Assembly: GCA_963723745.1 (NCBI GenBank)
Contig: CAVRRZ010000001.1
Coordinates: forward strand, 1,334,183-1,374,182
From: an uncultured Actinomycetota bacterium
Lineage (GTDB): Bacteria > Actinomycetota > Actinomycetes > Mycobacteriales > Geodermatophilaceae
DNA: 40,000 nt
Reading direction: 5' to 3'
Shown in pieces: positions 1-8,157 of the stretch (positions are counted from its first letter, which is position 1; each line of letters opens with the position of its first letter). The notes beneath the pieces are model-generated. The model was not told where the DNA came from. It worked only from the letters and a program-made list of their open reading frames with translations, and made no database searches. Made by a program: the position numbers and the translations under genes.

Positions 1-68
1 ACACTCGGGGGCGCGACGTGATCGACCTGGACTACGTCACCAGCGCCTGGCGGCTCACGCCGCGCTGA
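1..68 (+). CDS. 3' end of an unidentified CDS entering from upstream of the window
   Basis: Open frame from nt 3 with strongly G/C-biased third codon positions and TGA at 66-68. It overlaps the convergent tam stop by 14 nt. Only 21 codons are visible, so the product is unknown. Confidence 0.3.
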   Translation, partial: TRGRDVIDLDYVTSAWRLTPR

Positions 69-870
69 CCGGTGCCCCGCGGTCGACCCTGCGGCCGACG
101 GCGAAGATCCGGCGGAACGGCAGGACGGTCGTCCCGTCGGGCCGGGGCGGGTAGGCCGCCAGCAGCGCCGCCGAGTAGGCCTTGGTCAGGTCCTCGGCCT
201 CCTCGGCGTCCAGCGCACCGAGCACCGGCCGCAGGACGGTGCCGCGCACCCAGTTCAGCACCGGGTCGGGCCCCCGGAGCACGTGCAGGTACGTCGTCTC
301 CCAGACGTCCGCCTCCAGTCCGGCGGCGGTGAGCACGTCGAGGTAGCCCGCCGGCTCCAGCACGGCGTCCGGCTGCGGGCCCAGCGCGGACAGCCGGGCC
401 GACCAGCGCGGTGACCGGCACAGCTCGGTGAGCAGGGCGTGCGTCGGCTCGCGGAAGTTGCCCGGGACCTGCACGGCGAGCTCCCCGCCCGGAGCGAGCA
501 GGGCCGCCCAGCGGGCGAGCAGCCCGGCGTGCCCGGGCACCCAGTGCAGGACCGCGTTGGTCACCAGGACGTCGACCGGCTGGTCCGGGCGCCAGTCCCG
601 GACGTCGCCCTGCTCGAACGTCAGGCGGTCCGGCTCGGCGTGGGCCGCGGCAGCCGCCAGCATCTCCGGGGACGAGTCGACGCCGCGGACACGGGCCTGC
701 GGCCATCGACGGGCCAGGCCGGCGGTGAGGGCGCCCTCGCCGCAGCCGAGGTCCACGACCAGCCCCGGCGACGGGTGCCGCACCTGCGCCAGCAGGTCGG
801 CGAAGGGCCGGGCCCGCTCGCCGGCGTAGTGCAGATAGGTGACCGGATCCCACGCGCCCGCGCCGCTCAT
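55..870 (-). CDS. tam: trans-aconitate 2-methyltransferase-like class I SAM methyltransferase
   Basis: Start taken at ATG 870 (M42 of the track ORF 55..993); the upstream 41 codons are Arg/Pro-rich. It has the SAM motif VVDLGCGEG and resembles E. coli Tam end to end as I recall it (WDPVTYLHYAGERARP, TTYLHVL, FRRIFAVGRR). Confidence 0.8.
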   Translation of the reverse strand: MSGAGAWDPVTYLHYAGERARPFADLLAQVRHPSPGLVVDLGCGEGALTAGLARRWPQARVRGVDSSPEMLAAAAAHAEPDRLTFEQGDVRDWRPDQPVDVLVTNAVLHWVPGHAGLLARWAALLAPGGELAVQVPGNFREPTHALLTELCRSPRWSARLSALGPQPDAVLEPAGYLDVLTAAGLEADVWETTYLHVLRGPDPVLNWVRGTVLRPVLGALDAEEAEDLTKAYSAALLAAYPPRPDGTTVLPFRRIFAVGRRVDRGAPVSAA

Positions 871-956
871 CCGAGCGACCCTACCGAGGGTGCGGACCGG
901 GCTCGTGGCTCGTCGAGGGGCTCGGCAGCCGGGTTGCGTCACTGCGGGCCGGTACC

Positions 957-3335
957 GTGAGGCCGCCGGACACCCGGCTGCCATCCCTCCCACCCCACCT
1001 CCGGGAGCCTCCGATCAGGTCCGACCCGCCCGCACCGGCGCCGCCGCCCGACGGGACCGACGGCGTCCCGGTCGAGCCGGTCGCGCCGGTCGCCATCCCG
1101 GCGGACGGCCTGCCGCCGGCGACGACGCCGGTGCCGCCGGACGCCGGGCCTCCCGCGCCGGGTGTCGCCCCGATCCCCGACGACGAGGCCGACGACCTGG
1201 GCGCCGACGGCCCGGGCTCGGTCGGGCTGGTCGCCCGCATCCGCGCCGTCCTGCGCGTCCGCGACTTCCGCAAGTTGTGGCTGTCCATGTCGCTGTCGAG
1301 CTTCGGCGACTGGCTCGGACTGCTCGCCATCACCGCGACGGCCACGTCGCTGGTGGAGGGCTTCGCGGCGGCCAACTTCGCGCTGGGCGGCGTCCTGCTG
1401 TTCCGGCTGCTGCCCGCCATCCTCCTGGGTCCGTTGGCCGGCGCCTTCGCCGACCGGTTCGACCGGCGCAAGACGATGGTGGTCACCGACATCGCCCGCT
1501 TCGGCCTGTTCGCCTCGATCCCGATCGTCGACAACCTCGTCTGGCTGTTCATCGCCCAGTTCCTCATCGAGGCGATCAGCCTGTTCTGGATCCCGGCCAA
1601 GGACGCCGCCGTCCCGAACATGCTGCGCAAGGACCAGTTGGAGCCGGCCAACCAGCTCTCGCTGGTCACCACGTACGGGCTGACGCCGGTGCTCGCCGCG
1701 ATCGTCTTCGCCGTCCTCACCGGCGCGGGCGGGCACCTCGGTGAACTGCTGCCGGGTGCCGACGCGGTCGACCTCGCCCTGTACCTGAACGCGGTGACCT
1801 TCCTCGTCGCCGCCGTCGTGATCTGGAACCTGCCCTCGATCAGCGGCCGGCGGGCGGCCGCCCCGGTCGGCGGGCAGGAGAGCTTCTTCGGCTCGCTGAA
1901 GGCCGGCTTCTCCTTCGCCGGGCACACTCCGCTCGTCCGCGGCCTGGTCGTCGGCATCACCGGCGCCTTCGCCGCCGCGGGCGTGATCATCGCGACCGGG
2001 CAGGCCTTCGCCAACGCGCTCGGGGGTGGCGACGCGGCCTACGGGCTGTTGTTCGGGGCGGTCTTCATCGGACTGGGCCTGGGCATCGCGCTGGGCCCGA
2101 GCGTGGCCCGCGACCTGGCGCGCGAGCGGATTTTCGGCGTGGCCATCGTGGGCGCCGGCGCCATGGTCCTGGCGATGTCCTGGACGTTCACGCTGTGGAT
2201 CGCCCTGCTCCTCGTCGTCCTCATGGGCTTCTTCGCCGGCATCGCCTACCTGGCCGGCTTCACCCTGCTGGGCACGGAGATCCAGGACGAGATCCGCGGG
2301 CGGACCTTCGCCATCGTCCAGTCGCTGGTCCGGGCGGCGCTGATCCTCTCCCTGGCCGTCGTTCCCTTCGGCGTCGGCCTGATCGGCCGGCACGAGCTCG
2401 ACCTCGGCATCGTCGCCGTCCCGGTCACCGGCGAGCGGATCATGCTGTTCGTGGCCGGGTTGCTCGCCGTGGGCGTCGGGGTGCTGGCCTACCGGCAGAT
2501 GGACGACGGCCGGCCGGTGCCGCTGCTGGCCGACGTCGTCACCGCGCTGCGCCGCGACACCACGGCCCGCCGGCGGCTGGCCGGGGGAGGCGTGCTGATC
2601 GCGTTCGAGGGCGGCGAGGGAGCGGGCAAGTCCACGCAGGTGCGGCGGCTGCAGGAGTGGCTCACGGACGAGGGCCTGGTCGCACGGACGACGTTCGAGC
2701 CGGGCGCCACGCCGTCCGGGGCGGGCATCCGGCAGATCGTCCTCGACCGCTCGCACACGAGCATCTCCGCCCGGTCGGAGGCCTTGCTCTACGCCGCCGA
2801 CCGCGCCCAGCACGTGCACGACGTGCTGCGTCCTGCGCTCGATGCCGGCGAGGTGGTCATCACCGACCGGTTCGTCGACAGCTCGCTGGCCTACCAGGGC
2901 GCCGGCCGGACCATCCCGCTGGAGGACGTCCGGATGCTGTCCCGCTGGGCGACGCAGGGCCTGCAACCCGACCTCACCGTGCTCCTGGACCTGCCGCCCG
3001 AGGACGGTCTCGCCCGGGCCCGCGGCCGCGCAGCGGCCGACCGCATGGAGTCGGAGTCGCTGGACTTCCACCAGCGGGTGCGCCAGACCTTCCGCGCGCT
3101 GGCCGAGGCCGACCCCGACCGCTACGTCGTCGTCGACGCCCGTCTGACGCCCGACGAGGTCGCGGCCGTCGTCCGCCGCCGGGTCGCCGACCTGCTCTCC
3201 GGACTGCCGCTGCAGCAGCTGCCGCGCGAGGGCAGGCGACGGTCCAATGGCACCTCGGGCGACGGGAGCCCCGACGGCCAGGCGCCGCACCGCCCGCACA
3301 CGCAGACCGGCACGACCCCGCAGCTGCATCCGTGA
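957..3335 (+). CDS. tmk: fusion ORF: Pro-rich N-terminus + MFS-type polytopic membrane domain + thymidylate kinase
   Basis: A single 792-codon frame from GTG 957. About 1230-2480 encodes roughly 12 hydrophobic segments (MFS-like: FRKLWLSMSLSSFGDWLG, AGAFADRFDRRK). About 2589-3200 is canonical dTMP kinase (IAFEGGEGAGKSTQ, DRFVDSSLAYQG, PDLTVLLDLP). No stop separates the two parts. The true start and a possible internal start for tmk are uncertain. Confidence 0.75.
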   Translation: MRPPDTRLPSLPPHLREPPIRSDPPAPAPPPDGTDGVPVEPVAPVAIPADGLPPATTPVPPDAGPPAPGVAPIPDDEADDLGADGPGSVGLVARIRAVLRVRDFRKLWLSMSLSSFGDWLGLLAITATATSLVEGFAAANFALGGVLLFRLLPAILLGPLAGAFADRFDRRKTMVVTDIARFGLFASIPIVDNLVWLFIAQFLIEAISLFWIPAKDAAVPNMLRKDQLEPANQLSLVTTYGLTPVLAAIVFAVLTGAGGHLGELLPGADAVDLALYLNAVTFLVAAVVIWNLPSISGRRAAAPVGGQESFFGSLKAGFSFAGHTPLVRGLVVGITGAFAAAGVIIATGQAFANALGGGDAAYGLLFGAVFIGLGLGIALGPSVARDLARERIFGVAIVGAGAMVLAMSWTFTLWIALLLVVLMGFFAGIAYLAGFTLLGTEIQDEIRGRTFAIVQSLVRAALILSLAVVPFGVGLIGRHELDLGIVAVPVTGERIMLFVAGLLAVGVGVLAYRQMDDGRPVPLLADVVTALRRDTTARRRLAGGGVLIAFEGGEGAGKSTQVRRLQEWLTDEGLVARTTFEPGATPSGAGIRQIVLDRSHTSISARSEALLYAADRAQHVHDVLRPALDAGEVVITDRFVDSSLAYQGAGRTIPLEDVRMLSRWATQGLQPDLTVLLDLPPEDGLARARGRAAADRMESESLDFHQRVRQTFRALAEADPDRYVVVDARLTPDEVAAVVRRRVADLLSGLPLQQLPREGRRRSNGTSGDGSPDGQAPHRPHTQTGTTPQLHP

Positions 3336-4510
3336 GCGCGCCCGCCGTGGTCGGGGACGTCTGGTCGCAGGTGGTCGGGCAGCCCACCGTCGTCGCCGAG
3401 CTCAAGGCCGCCGTGGCCGACCCGGCTGCCATGACCCACGCGTGGCTGTTCACCGGGCCACCCGGGTCCGGTCGCTCGGTGGCGGCCCGCGCCTTCGCGG
3501 CGGCGCTGCAGTGCCCGGACGGAGGGGATGGCACGTGCCACGCCTGCCGCACCGTGCTGTCGGGCACCCACGCCGACGTCAGCGTGATCGTCCCGGACGG
3601 TCTGTCCATCGGCGTGGTCGAGGCACGCGAACTGGTGCGGGTGGCCGGGCGGGCGCCCAGCCAGGGACGCTGGCAGATGATCATCGTCGAGGACGCCGAC
3701 CGGATGAGCGAGGCGGCGTCGAACGCGGTGCTCAAGATGATCGAGGAGCCGCCACCGCGGACGGTGATCATGCTCTGCGCGCCGAGCCTGCACCCCGACG
3801 ACGTCCCGGTGACCATCCGGTCCCGCTGCCGCGTCGTGCCGTTGCGGACGCCGAGCGCTGACGCGATCGCCGAGGTGCTGGTGCGTCGGGACGGTGTCGA
3901 CCCGGCCCTGGCCGCGTGGTCGGCCGGCGCGTCCGGCGGGCACGTCGGGCGGGCGCGCCGGCTCGCCCGGGACGAGGACGCCCGGCTGGCCCGCAAGGCG
4001 GTGCTCGACATCCCGCTCCGGCTGGTGTCGCTCGCGGCCTGCCTCGACGCCGCCGACGACCTGGTCGGGGCGGCTCAGGAGGAGACCGACGCGGCCACCG
4101 ACGTGCTCGACAGTGCCGAGACCGAGGCGCTGAAGACCAGCCTGGGCGTGGGCGCCCGGGGCCCCGGCGTCGCAGCGAGCCGGGGTGGCGCCGGTCAGCT
4201 CAAGGAGCTCGAGCGCCGGCAGAAGTCGCGGGCCACCCGGATCGGCCGTGACTCCCTGGACCGCGCGCTGGTCGACCTCGCCGGGCTCTACCGCGACGCG
4301 CTCGTCCTCGACTCCGCGCCGGGCGACGACCTGCCGCTCAACCACCCCGACCGCCGGGCCGACGCCACCCGGCTCGCCGGGCTGGTCGGCGCCGAGGGCG
4401 CGCTGCGCCGGATCGACGCGATCCTGGCCTGCCGCACCGCGCTGGAGCAGAACGTCAAGCCGCGGATCGCGGTCGAGGCGCTCACCGTGGCGCTGCGTCT
4501 GCCTGCCTGA
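3332..4510 (+). CDS. holB: DNA polymerase III delta' subunit
   Basis: The GTG at 3332 overlaps the tmk TGA (GTGA). Motifs present: AAA+ clamp-loader LFTGPPGSGRS, Cys cluster CPDGGDGTCHACRTV, Walker B-like IIVEDADRM, and the SRC motif IRSRCRVV. Confidence 0.85.
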   Translation: MSAPAVVGDVWSQVVGQPTVVAELKAAVADPAAMTHAWLFTGPPGSGRSVAARAFAAALQCPDGGDGTCHACRTVLSGTHADVSVIVPDGLSIGVVEARELVRVAGRAPSQGRWQMIIVEDADRMSEAASNAVLKMIEEPPPRTVIMLCAPSLHPDDVPVTIRSRCRVVPLRTPSADAIAEVLVRRDGVDPALAAWSAGASGGHVGRARRLARDEDARLARKAVLDIPLRLVSLAACLDAADDLVGAAQEETDAATDVLDSAETEALKTSLGVGARGPGVAASRGGAGQLKELERRQKSRATRIGRDSLDRALVDLAGLYRDALVLDSAPGDDLPLNHPDRRADATRLAGLVGAEGALRRIDAILACRTALEQNVKPRIAVEALTVALRLPA

Positions 4511-4561
4511 GCCCTGCGCCGGACACCGCCGCCGGTGTCGTAGGCTTGCGGCCGCACGCCC

Positions 4562-4634
4562 GCCGCCTTAGCTCAGTCGGTAGAGCATCTCACTCGTAAT
4601 GAGAAGGTCGTCGGTTCGATTCCGACAGGCGGCT
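4562..4634 (+). tRNA. tRNA-Thr (anticodon CGT), CCA not encoded
   Basis: Hand-folded cloverleaf. Acceptor stem GCCGCCT/AGGCGGC; D arm GCTC-AGTCGGTA-GAGC; anticodon stem TCTCA/TGAGA with loop CTCGTAA; T arm GTCGG-TTCGATT-CCGAC. Confidence 0.9.
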
Positions 4635-4644
4635 CCGCTTCGAC

Positions 4645-4676
4645 CAGGGACCTCCGCCTCCGGGCGGCGGTCCCTG
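4645..4676 (+). terminator. GC-rich hairpin immediately 3' of tRNA-Thr
   Basis: cagggacc..ggtccctg is an 8-bp outer stem, with an inner ccgcc/ggcgg pairing. There is no U-tract. Confidence 0.35.
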
Positions 4677-5003
4677 AGTGCATCTGCCCTCGACGCGCTT
4701 CCGAGATGTTCCGTCGGCCGGGCACATTGTGCGCGAGGGGGCCACTTCTGGCTCGAAAACGGCCTCTTTGCGCACCATGCCTCGCCTCGAGGTCCGATGC
4801 CGTCCCCGTCTCCGCGCCTCGTGACCAGCGTGCCGAGGGTGCCGAGAGTGCCCCTCACGAGCGATATGCCGTAGCTCTCCCTCCAGCACGGCCCGGCCGG
4901 CGCCGACCTAGATCACGGACACCGGTGTGTACGGCCGCGATCGCGGCCGCGCCGGCTCCAGGTCCGCGGCCGGCAGATCACCGGCCCCGGGAAAGGCACG
5001 GGC

Positions 5004-6626
5004 ATGACTGACATGAAGCGTTCCCTCTCCGTGAGCGGTGCCGCCATCGCCGGCATCGCGCTGCTCGCCGGCTGCGGCACCGCGCCGACCGGGGAGGCCA
5101 GCGCGCCGGAGCCGATCAGCATCGCGATCGGTGAGCCGATGGCGCCGCTCGTCCCGGGCAACACCGTGGAGGAGTACGGCACCCAGGTCCTCGAGTCGCT
5201 GTGGACCGGGCTGGTCGAGTACGACACCGACGGCGAGGTCGCCTACACCGGTGTCGCGGAGTCGATCGAGTCCGACGACAGCGTCACCTGGACCGTGCGC
5301 CTGCGCGACGGCTGGACCTTCCACGACGGGTCACCGGTGACCGCGCAGTCGTTCGTCGACGCCTGGAACTACACCGCCTACAGCCCCAACGCCCAGATGG
5401 GCTCCTACTTCTTCGCCAACGTCGCGGGCTACGGCGACCTGCAGGCCCCGGTGGACGACGCCGGCGAGCCGACCGGTGAGCCCGCCGCGACCGAGCTGAG
5501 CGGTCTCGAGGTCGTCGACGAGACGACGTTCACCGTCACCCTGAGCGCACCGTTCGCCCAGTTCCCGGTGACCCTCGGCTACAACCCGTTCTTCCCGCTG
5601 CCCGAGTCCTTCTTCGAGGACCCGGAGACCTTCGGCCGCGAGCCGATCGGCAACGGCCCGTTCCGGGCCGCCGGTGAGTTCGTCCCCGCCGAGGGCATCA
5701 CGGTGCTCGCCTACGAGGACTTCGCGGGCGAGAACGCGGCCTCGGTGGAGGGCGTGGAGTTCCGCGTCTACGCCGACACCGACACCGCGTACACCGACGC
5801 GCTGGCCGGCAACCTCGACGTCCTGCCACGCATCCCGGCCGACGCGAGCGCCACCGCCGCCGACGAGTTCGAGGGGCGGTACGTCGAGACCGAGGCCTCG
5901 GGCTTCACCTTCCTCGGCCTGCCGCTCTACGAGGAGCGCTACGCCGACCCGCGGGTGCGCCAGGCGCTGTCGATGGCGATCGACCGCGAGACCATCGGCG
6001 AGGAGATCTTCTCCGGCACCCGCCGCGCCGCCGACTCCGTCGTCCCGCCCGTCGTCGACGGGCACCGCGACGGCGCCTGCGAGTTCTGCGTCCTCGACGT
6101 CGAGCGGGCCGACGAGCTGCTCGACGAGGCAGGTTTCGACCGGTCGCAGCCGGTCGAGCTGTGGTTCAACGCCGGTGGCGGCAACGAGGCCTGGATGGAG
6201 GCCGTCGGCAACCAGCTGCGGGCCAACCTCGGCGTGGAGTTCGTCCTGCGCGGCGACCTCGCCCCGCCGGAGTACGGGCCGCTGCTGGGCAGCCAGGGCA
6301 TGACCGGGCCGTTCCGCATGGGCTGGTCCATGGACTACCCCAGCCCGCAGAACTTCCTGGAGCCGCTGTACTCGACGCAGTCCGGCACGAACTTCGCGTT
6401 CTACAGCAACCCGGACTTCGACGCGCTCGTCGCCGAGGGCAACGCGGCCGCCACCAACGACGAGGCCATCGCGCTCTACAACCGGGCCGAGGACGTCGTC
6501 CTCGAGGACATGCCGGTGATCCCGATGTTCTTCGACGTCACCCAGACGGTGCACTCGACCGAGGTCGCCGACGTCGTCGTCGACGCCTTCGGCCGGGTCG
6601 ACACCAGCGCCCTGACCGCCGGCTGA
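5004..6626 (+). CDS. ABC transporter substrate-binding lipoprotein, family 5 (peptide/nickel/opine type), orphan
   Basis: 540 aa. It has a lipoprotein signal with lipobox LLAGC and a DppA/OppA-like region (WTVRLRDGWTFHDGSPVTAQSFVDAWNY). No cognate permease or ATPase genes are adjacent. Confidence 0.8.
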   Translation: MTDMKRSLSVSGAAIAGIALLAGCGTAPTGEASAPEPISIAIGEPMAPLVPGNTVEEYGTQVLESLWTGLVEYDTDGEVAYTGVAESIESDDSVTWTVRLRDGWTFHDGSPVTAQSFVDAWNYTAYSPNAQMGSYFFANVAGYGDLQAPVDDAGEPTGEPAATELSGLEVVDETTFTVTLSAPFAQFPVTLGYNPFFPLPESFFEDPETFGREPIGNGPFRAAGEFVPAEGITVLAYEDFAGENAASVEGVEFRVYADTDTAYTDALAGNLDVLPRIPADASATAADEFEGRYVETEASGFTFLGLPLYEERYADPRVRQALSMAIDRETIGEEIFSGTRRAADSVVPPVVDGHRDGACEFCVLDVERADELLDEAGFDRSQPVELWFNAGGGNEAWMEAVGNQLRANLGVEFVLRGDLAPPEYGPLLGSQGMTGPFRMGWSMDYPSPQNFLEPLYSTQSGTNFAFYSNPDFDALVAEGNAAATNDEAIALYNRAEDVVLEDMPVIPMFFDVTQTVHSTEVADVVVDAFGRVDTSALTAG

Positions 6627-6645
6627 CGCCGGCGTCGAGCAACGC

Positions 6646-6683
6646 CAGAACGCCCTGTCCGCGCTTGCGGGCAGGGCGTTCTG
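6646..6683 (+). terminator. stem-loop terminator candidate after the binding-protein gene
   Basis: cagaacgccctg(t)ccgc-gctt-gcgg(g)cagggcgttctg. It forms about 17 bp of stem counting one G-U pair, closed by a tetraloop, and lies 20 nt after the stop. No U-tract. Confidence 0.55.
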
Positions 6684-6748
6684 CCGTCCATGGCAGGGCC
6701 CGGACGAAGGCTGGCGCGCCGGCCCCCGCGCCCAGCAGGATCAGCGGC

Positions 6749-7492
6749 GTGGACAGAGCCCGAGCCAGCGCCATCGCGCACCGCTGGCACCCCGTCGCCG
6801 CGCCCGTCTCCGACGCCAACCTCCGCCGGCTGCTGCAGCACCTCGGGCCCGTCGATCGGGTGCTCGACCTCGGTTGCGGCTTCGGCGAGTGGCTGCTCGC
6901 CGCGCTCGAGGTCGCCCCGCAGGCCACCGGCACCGGCGTCGACACCTCCACGCCGGCCCTGGAGCAGGCCCGCACCCGCGCGGCGGCGCGCGGTCTCGCC
7001 GACCGGGTCGACTGGCACGAGGCCGACGCCGCCGGCTGGCGCGGTCCGGGCTTCGACGGGGTGCTCTGCATCGGCGCCACCCACGCGTTCGGCGGGCTGG
7101 CCGGCACGCTGACCGCCGTCCGCGAGCACCTGCGGCCCGGGGGCCGGGTGCTGCTGGGCGAAGGCTTCTGGGACGGCGAGCCGTCGCCGCAGGCGATGAG
7201 CGCGCTGGGCGCCGAGCCGGGGGAGCTGCCGAGCCTGGCGGGCCTCGTCGAGGCCGTCCGCGCCGAGGGCTACGAGCCCGGGTTCGGCCACGTGAGCTCG
7301 CCCGAGGAGTGGGACGACTACGAGTGGTCCTGGACGGGATCGCTCACCGAGTGGGCGCTGACGGAGGCCGGCGAGCCCGACCGCTCGAGCGCGCTGGCCA
7401 TGGCCGGAACGCATCGCGAGGAGTGGCTGGCCGGGTACCGCAACCAGCTCGGCTTCGTGACCGTCGTCCTGCACGACACGCGCGGCGCCTAG
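6749..7492 (+). CDS. class I SAM-dependent methyltransferase
   Basis: Motif I VLDLGCGFGEW and post-I GTGVDTS. Start proposed at the in-frame GTG 6749, the first start after the terminator; this is uncertain. Confidence 0.7.
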   Translation: MDRARASAIAHRWHPVAAPVSDANLRRLLQHLGPVDRVLDLGCGFGEWLLAALEVAPQATGTGVDTSTPALEQARTRAAARGLADRVDWHEADAAGWRGPGFDGVLCIGATHAFGGLAGTLTAVREHLRPGGRVLLGEGFWDGEPSPQAMSALGAEPGELPSLAGLVEAVRAEGYEPGFGHVSSPEEWDDYEWSWTGSLTEWALTEAGEPDRSSALAMAGTHREEWLAGYRNQLGFVTVVLHDTRGA

Positions 7493-7509
7493 GAAGCCCA
7501 CACCCCCCG

Positions 7510-7571
7510 AGGCAAAGGAAGCTCTACCCCCGTCCAGGGCCTGCCGGACGGGGGTAGAGCTTCCTTTGCCT
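7510..7571. repeat. repeated intergenic hairpin element, family 1, copy A
   Basis: Perfect 26-bp inverted repeat aggcaaaggaagctctacccccgtcc / ggacgggggtagagcttcctttgcct around a 10-nt loop. It lies between the convergent methyltransferase and ppa genes. The right arm matches 21585-21610 at 24 of 26 positions. Confidence 0.8.
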
Positions 7572-7573
7572 GA

Positions 7574-7601
7574 GCGGGAAGCGGGAAGCGGGAAGCGGGG
7601 A
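7574..7601. repeat. tandem heptamer (GCGGGAA)x3 + GCGGGGA, start of a G-run tract
   Basis: Read directly: gcgggaa gcgggaa gcgggaa gcgggga. Further G3-G5 runs follow up to about 7622. Confidence 0.85.
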
Positions 7602-7644
7602 GAGGGGAGGGGGCCTCAGGGGGCAGGAGACGGCGGGCGGACCG

Positions 7645-8157
7645 TCAGTGGTGCGCCGGGGCGTCCTTGGCGCGTTGCAGCGAGTTGACGATCTCCTCCT
7701 CGGCTGCGGTCCGGTCCACCCACTCAGCGCCCTCGACCGACTTGCCCGGCTCGAGGTCCTTGTAGGTCTCGAAGAAGTGCTGGATCTCCAGCCGGTCGAA
7801 CTCCGAGACGTCGCTGATGTCGACGAGGTGCGCCATCCGCGGGTCGGTGGCCGGCACGCAGAGCACCTTGTCGTCCCCGCCGGCCTCGTCGGTCATGCGG
7901 AACATGCCCAGGGCGCGGCAGGTGATCAGGCAGCCCGGGAACGTCGGCTCCTCGAGCAGCACCAGCGCGTCCAGCGGGTCGCCGTCCATGCCGAGGGTGT
8001 TCTCGATGTAGCCGTAGTCCGCCGGGTAGCGGGTGGAGGTGAACAGCATCCGGTCCAGGCGGATGCGTCCGGTGGCGTGGTCCAGCTCGTACTTGTTCCG
8101 CTGGCCCTTCGGGATTTCTACCGTCACGTCGAACTGCACCGTCGTAGTGTGACCCAC
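7645..8157 (-). CDS. ppa: inorganic pyrophosphatase (family I)
   Basis: Near-colinear with the mycobacterial PPase as I recall it ([37 protein letters not shown]). Start is either GTG 8157 (GAGG 5 nt upstream) or GTG 8139 (matches the MQFDV.. start of Mtb Ppa). Confidence 0.9.
   Translation of the reverse strand: MGHTTTVQFDVTVEIPKGQRNKYELDHATGRIRLDRMLFTSTRYPADYGYIENTLGMDGDPLDALVLLEEPTFPGCLITCRALGMFRMTDEAGGDDKVLCVPATDPRMAHLVDISDVSEFDRLEIQHFFETYKDLEPGKSVEGAEWVDRTAAEEEIVNSLQRAKDAPAHH

Noticed and set aside
939-3329. 796-aa ORF on the minus strand, antisense to the MFS-tmk gene.
   Set aside because: It is a shadow ORF typical of very GC-rich DNA. The product is Arg/Gly/Asp/Pro/Ala low-complexity sequence with no motifs. 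The sense strand encodes a complete MFS domain and Tmk with proper GC3 bias.
4562-5003. Possible integrative element inserted at tRNA-Thr.
   Set aside because: There is no integrase or excisionase ORF. By eye I found no direct repeat of the tRNA 3' end anywhere in the window, and the downstream genes are ordinary metabolic or transport genes.
7574-7601. Could any of the tandem repeats be CRISPR arrays? Candidates are 7574-7601, 15382-15413, 17691-17745, 22496-22563, 22949-23128 and about 39170-39262.
   Set aside because: The units are 6-20 nt (or 60 nt within coding sequence) and directly abutting, with no unique spacers. Several are in-frame coding repeats, and there are no cas genes.
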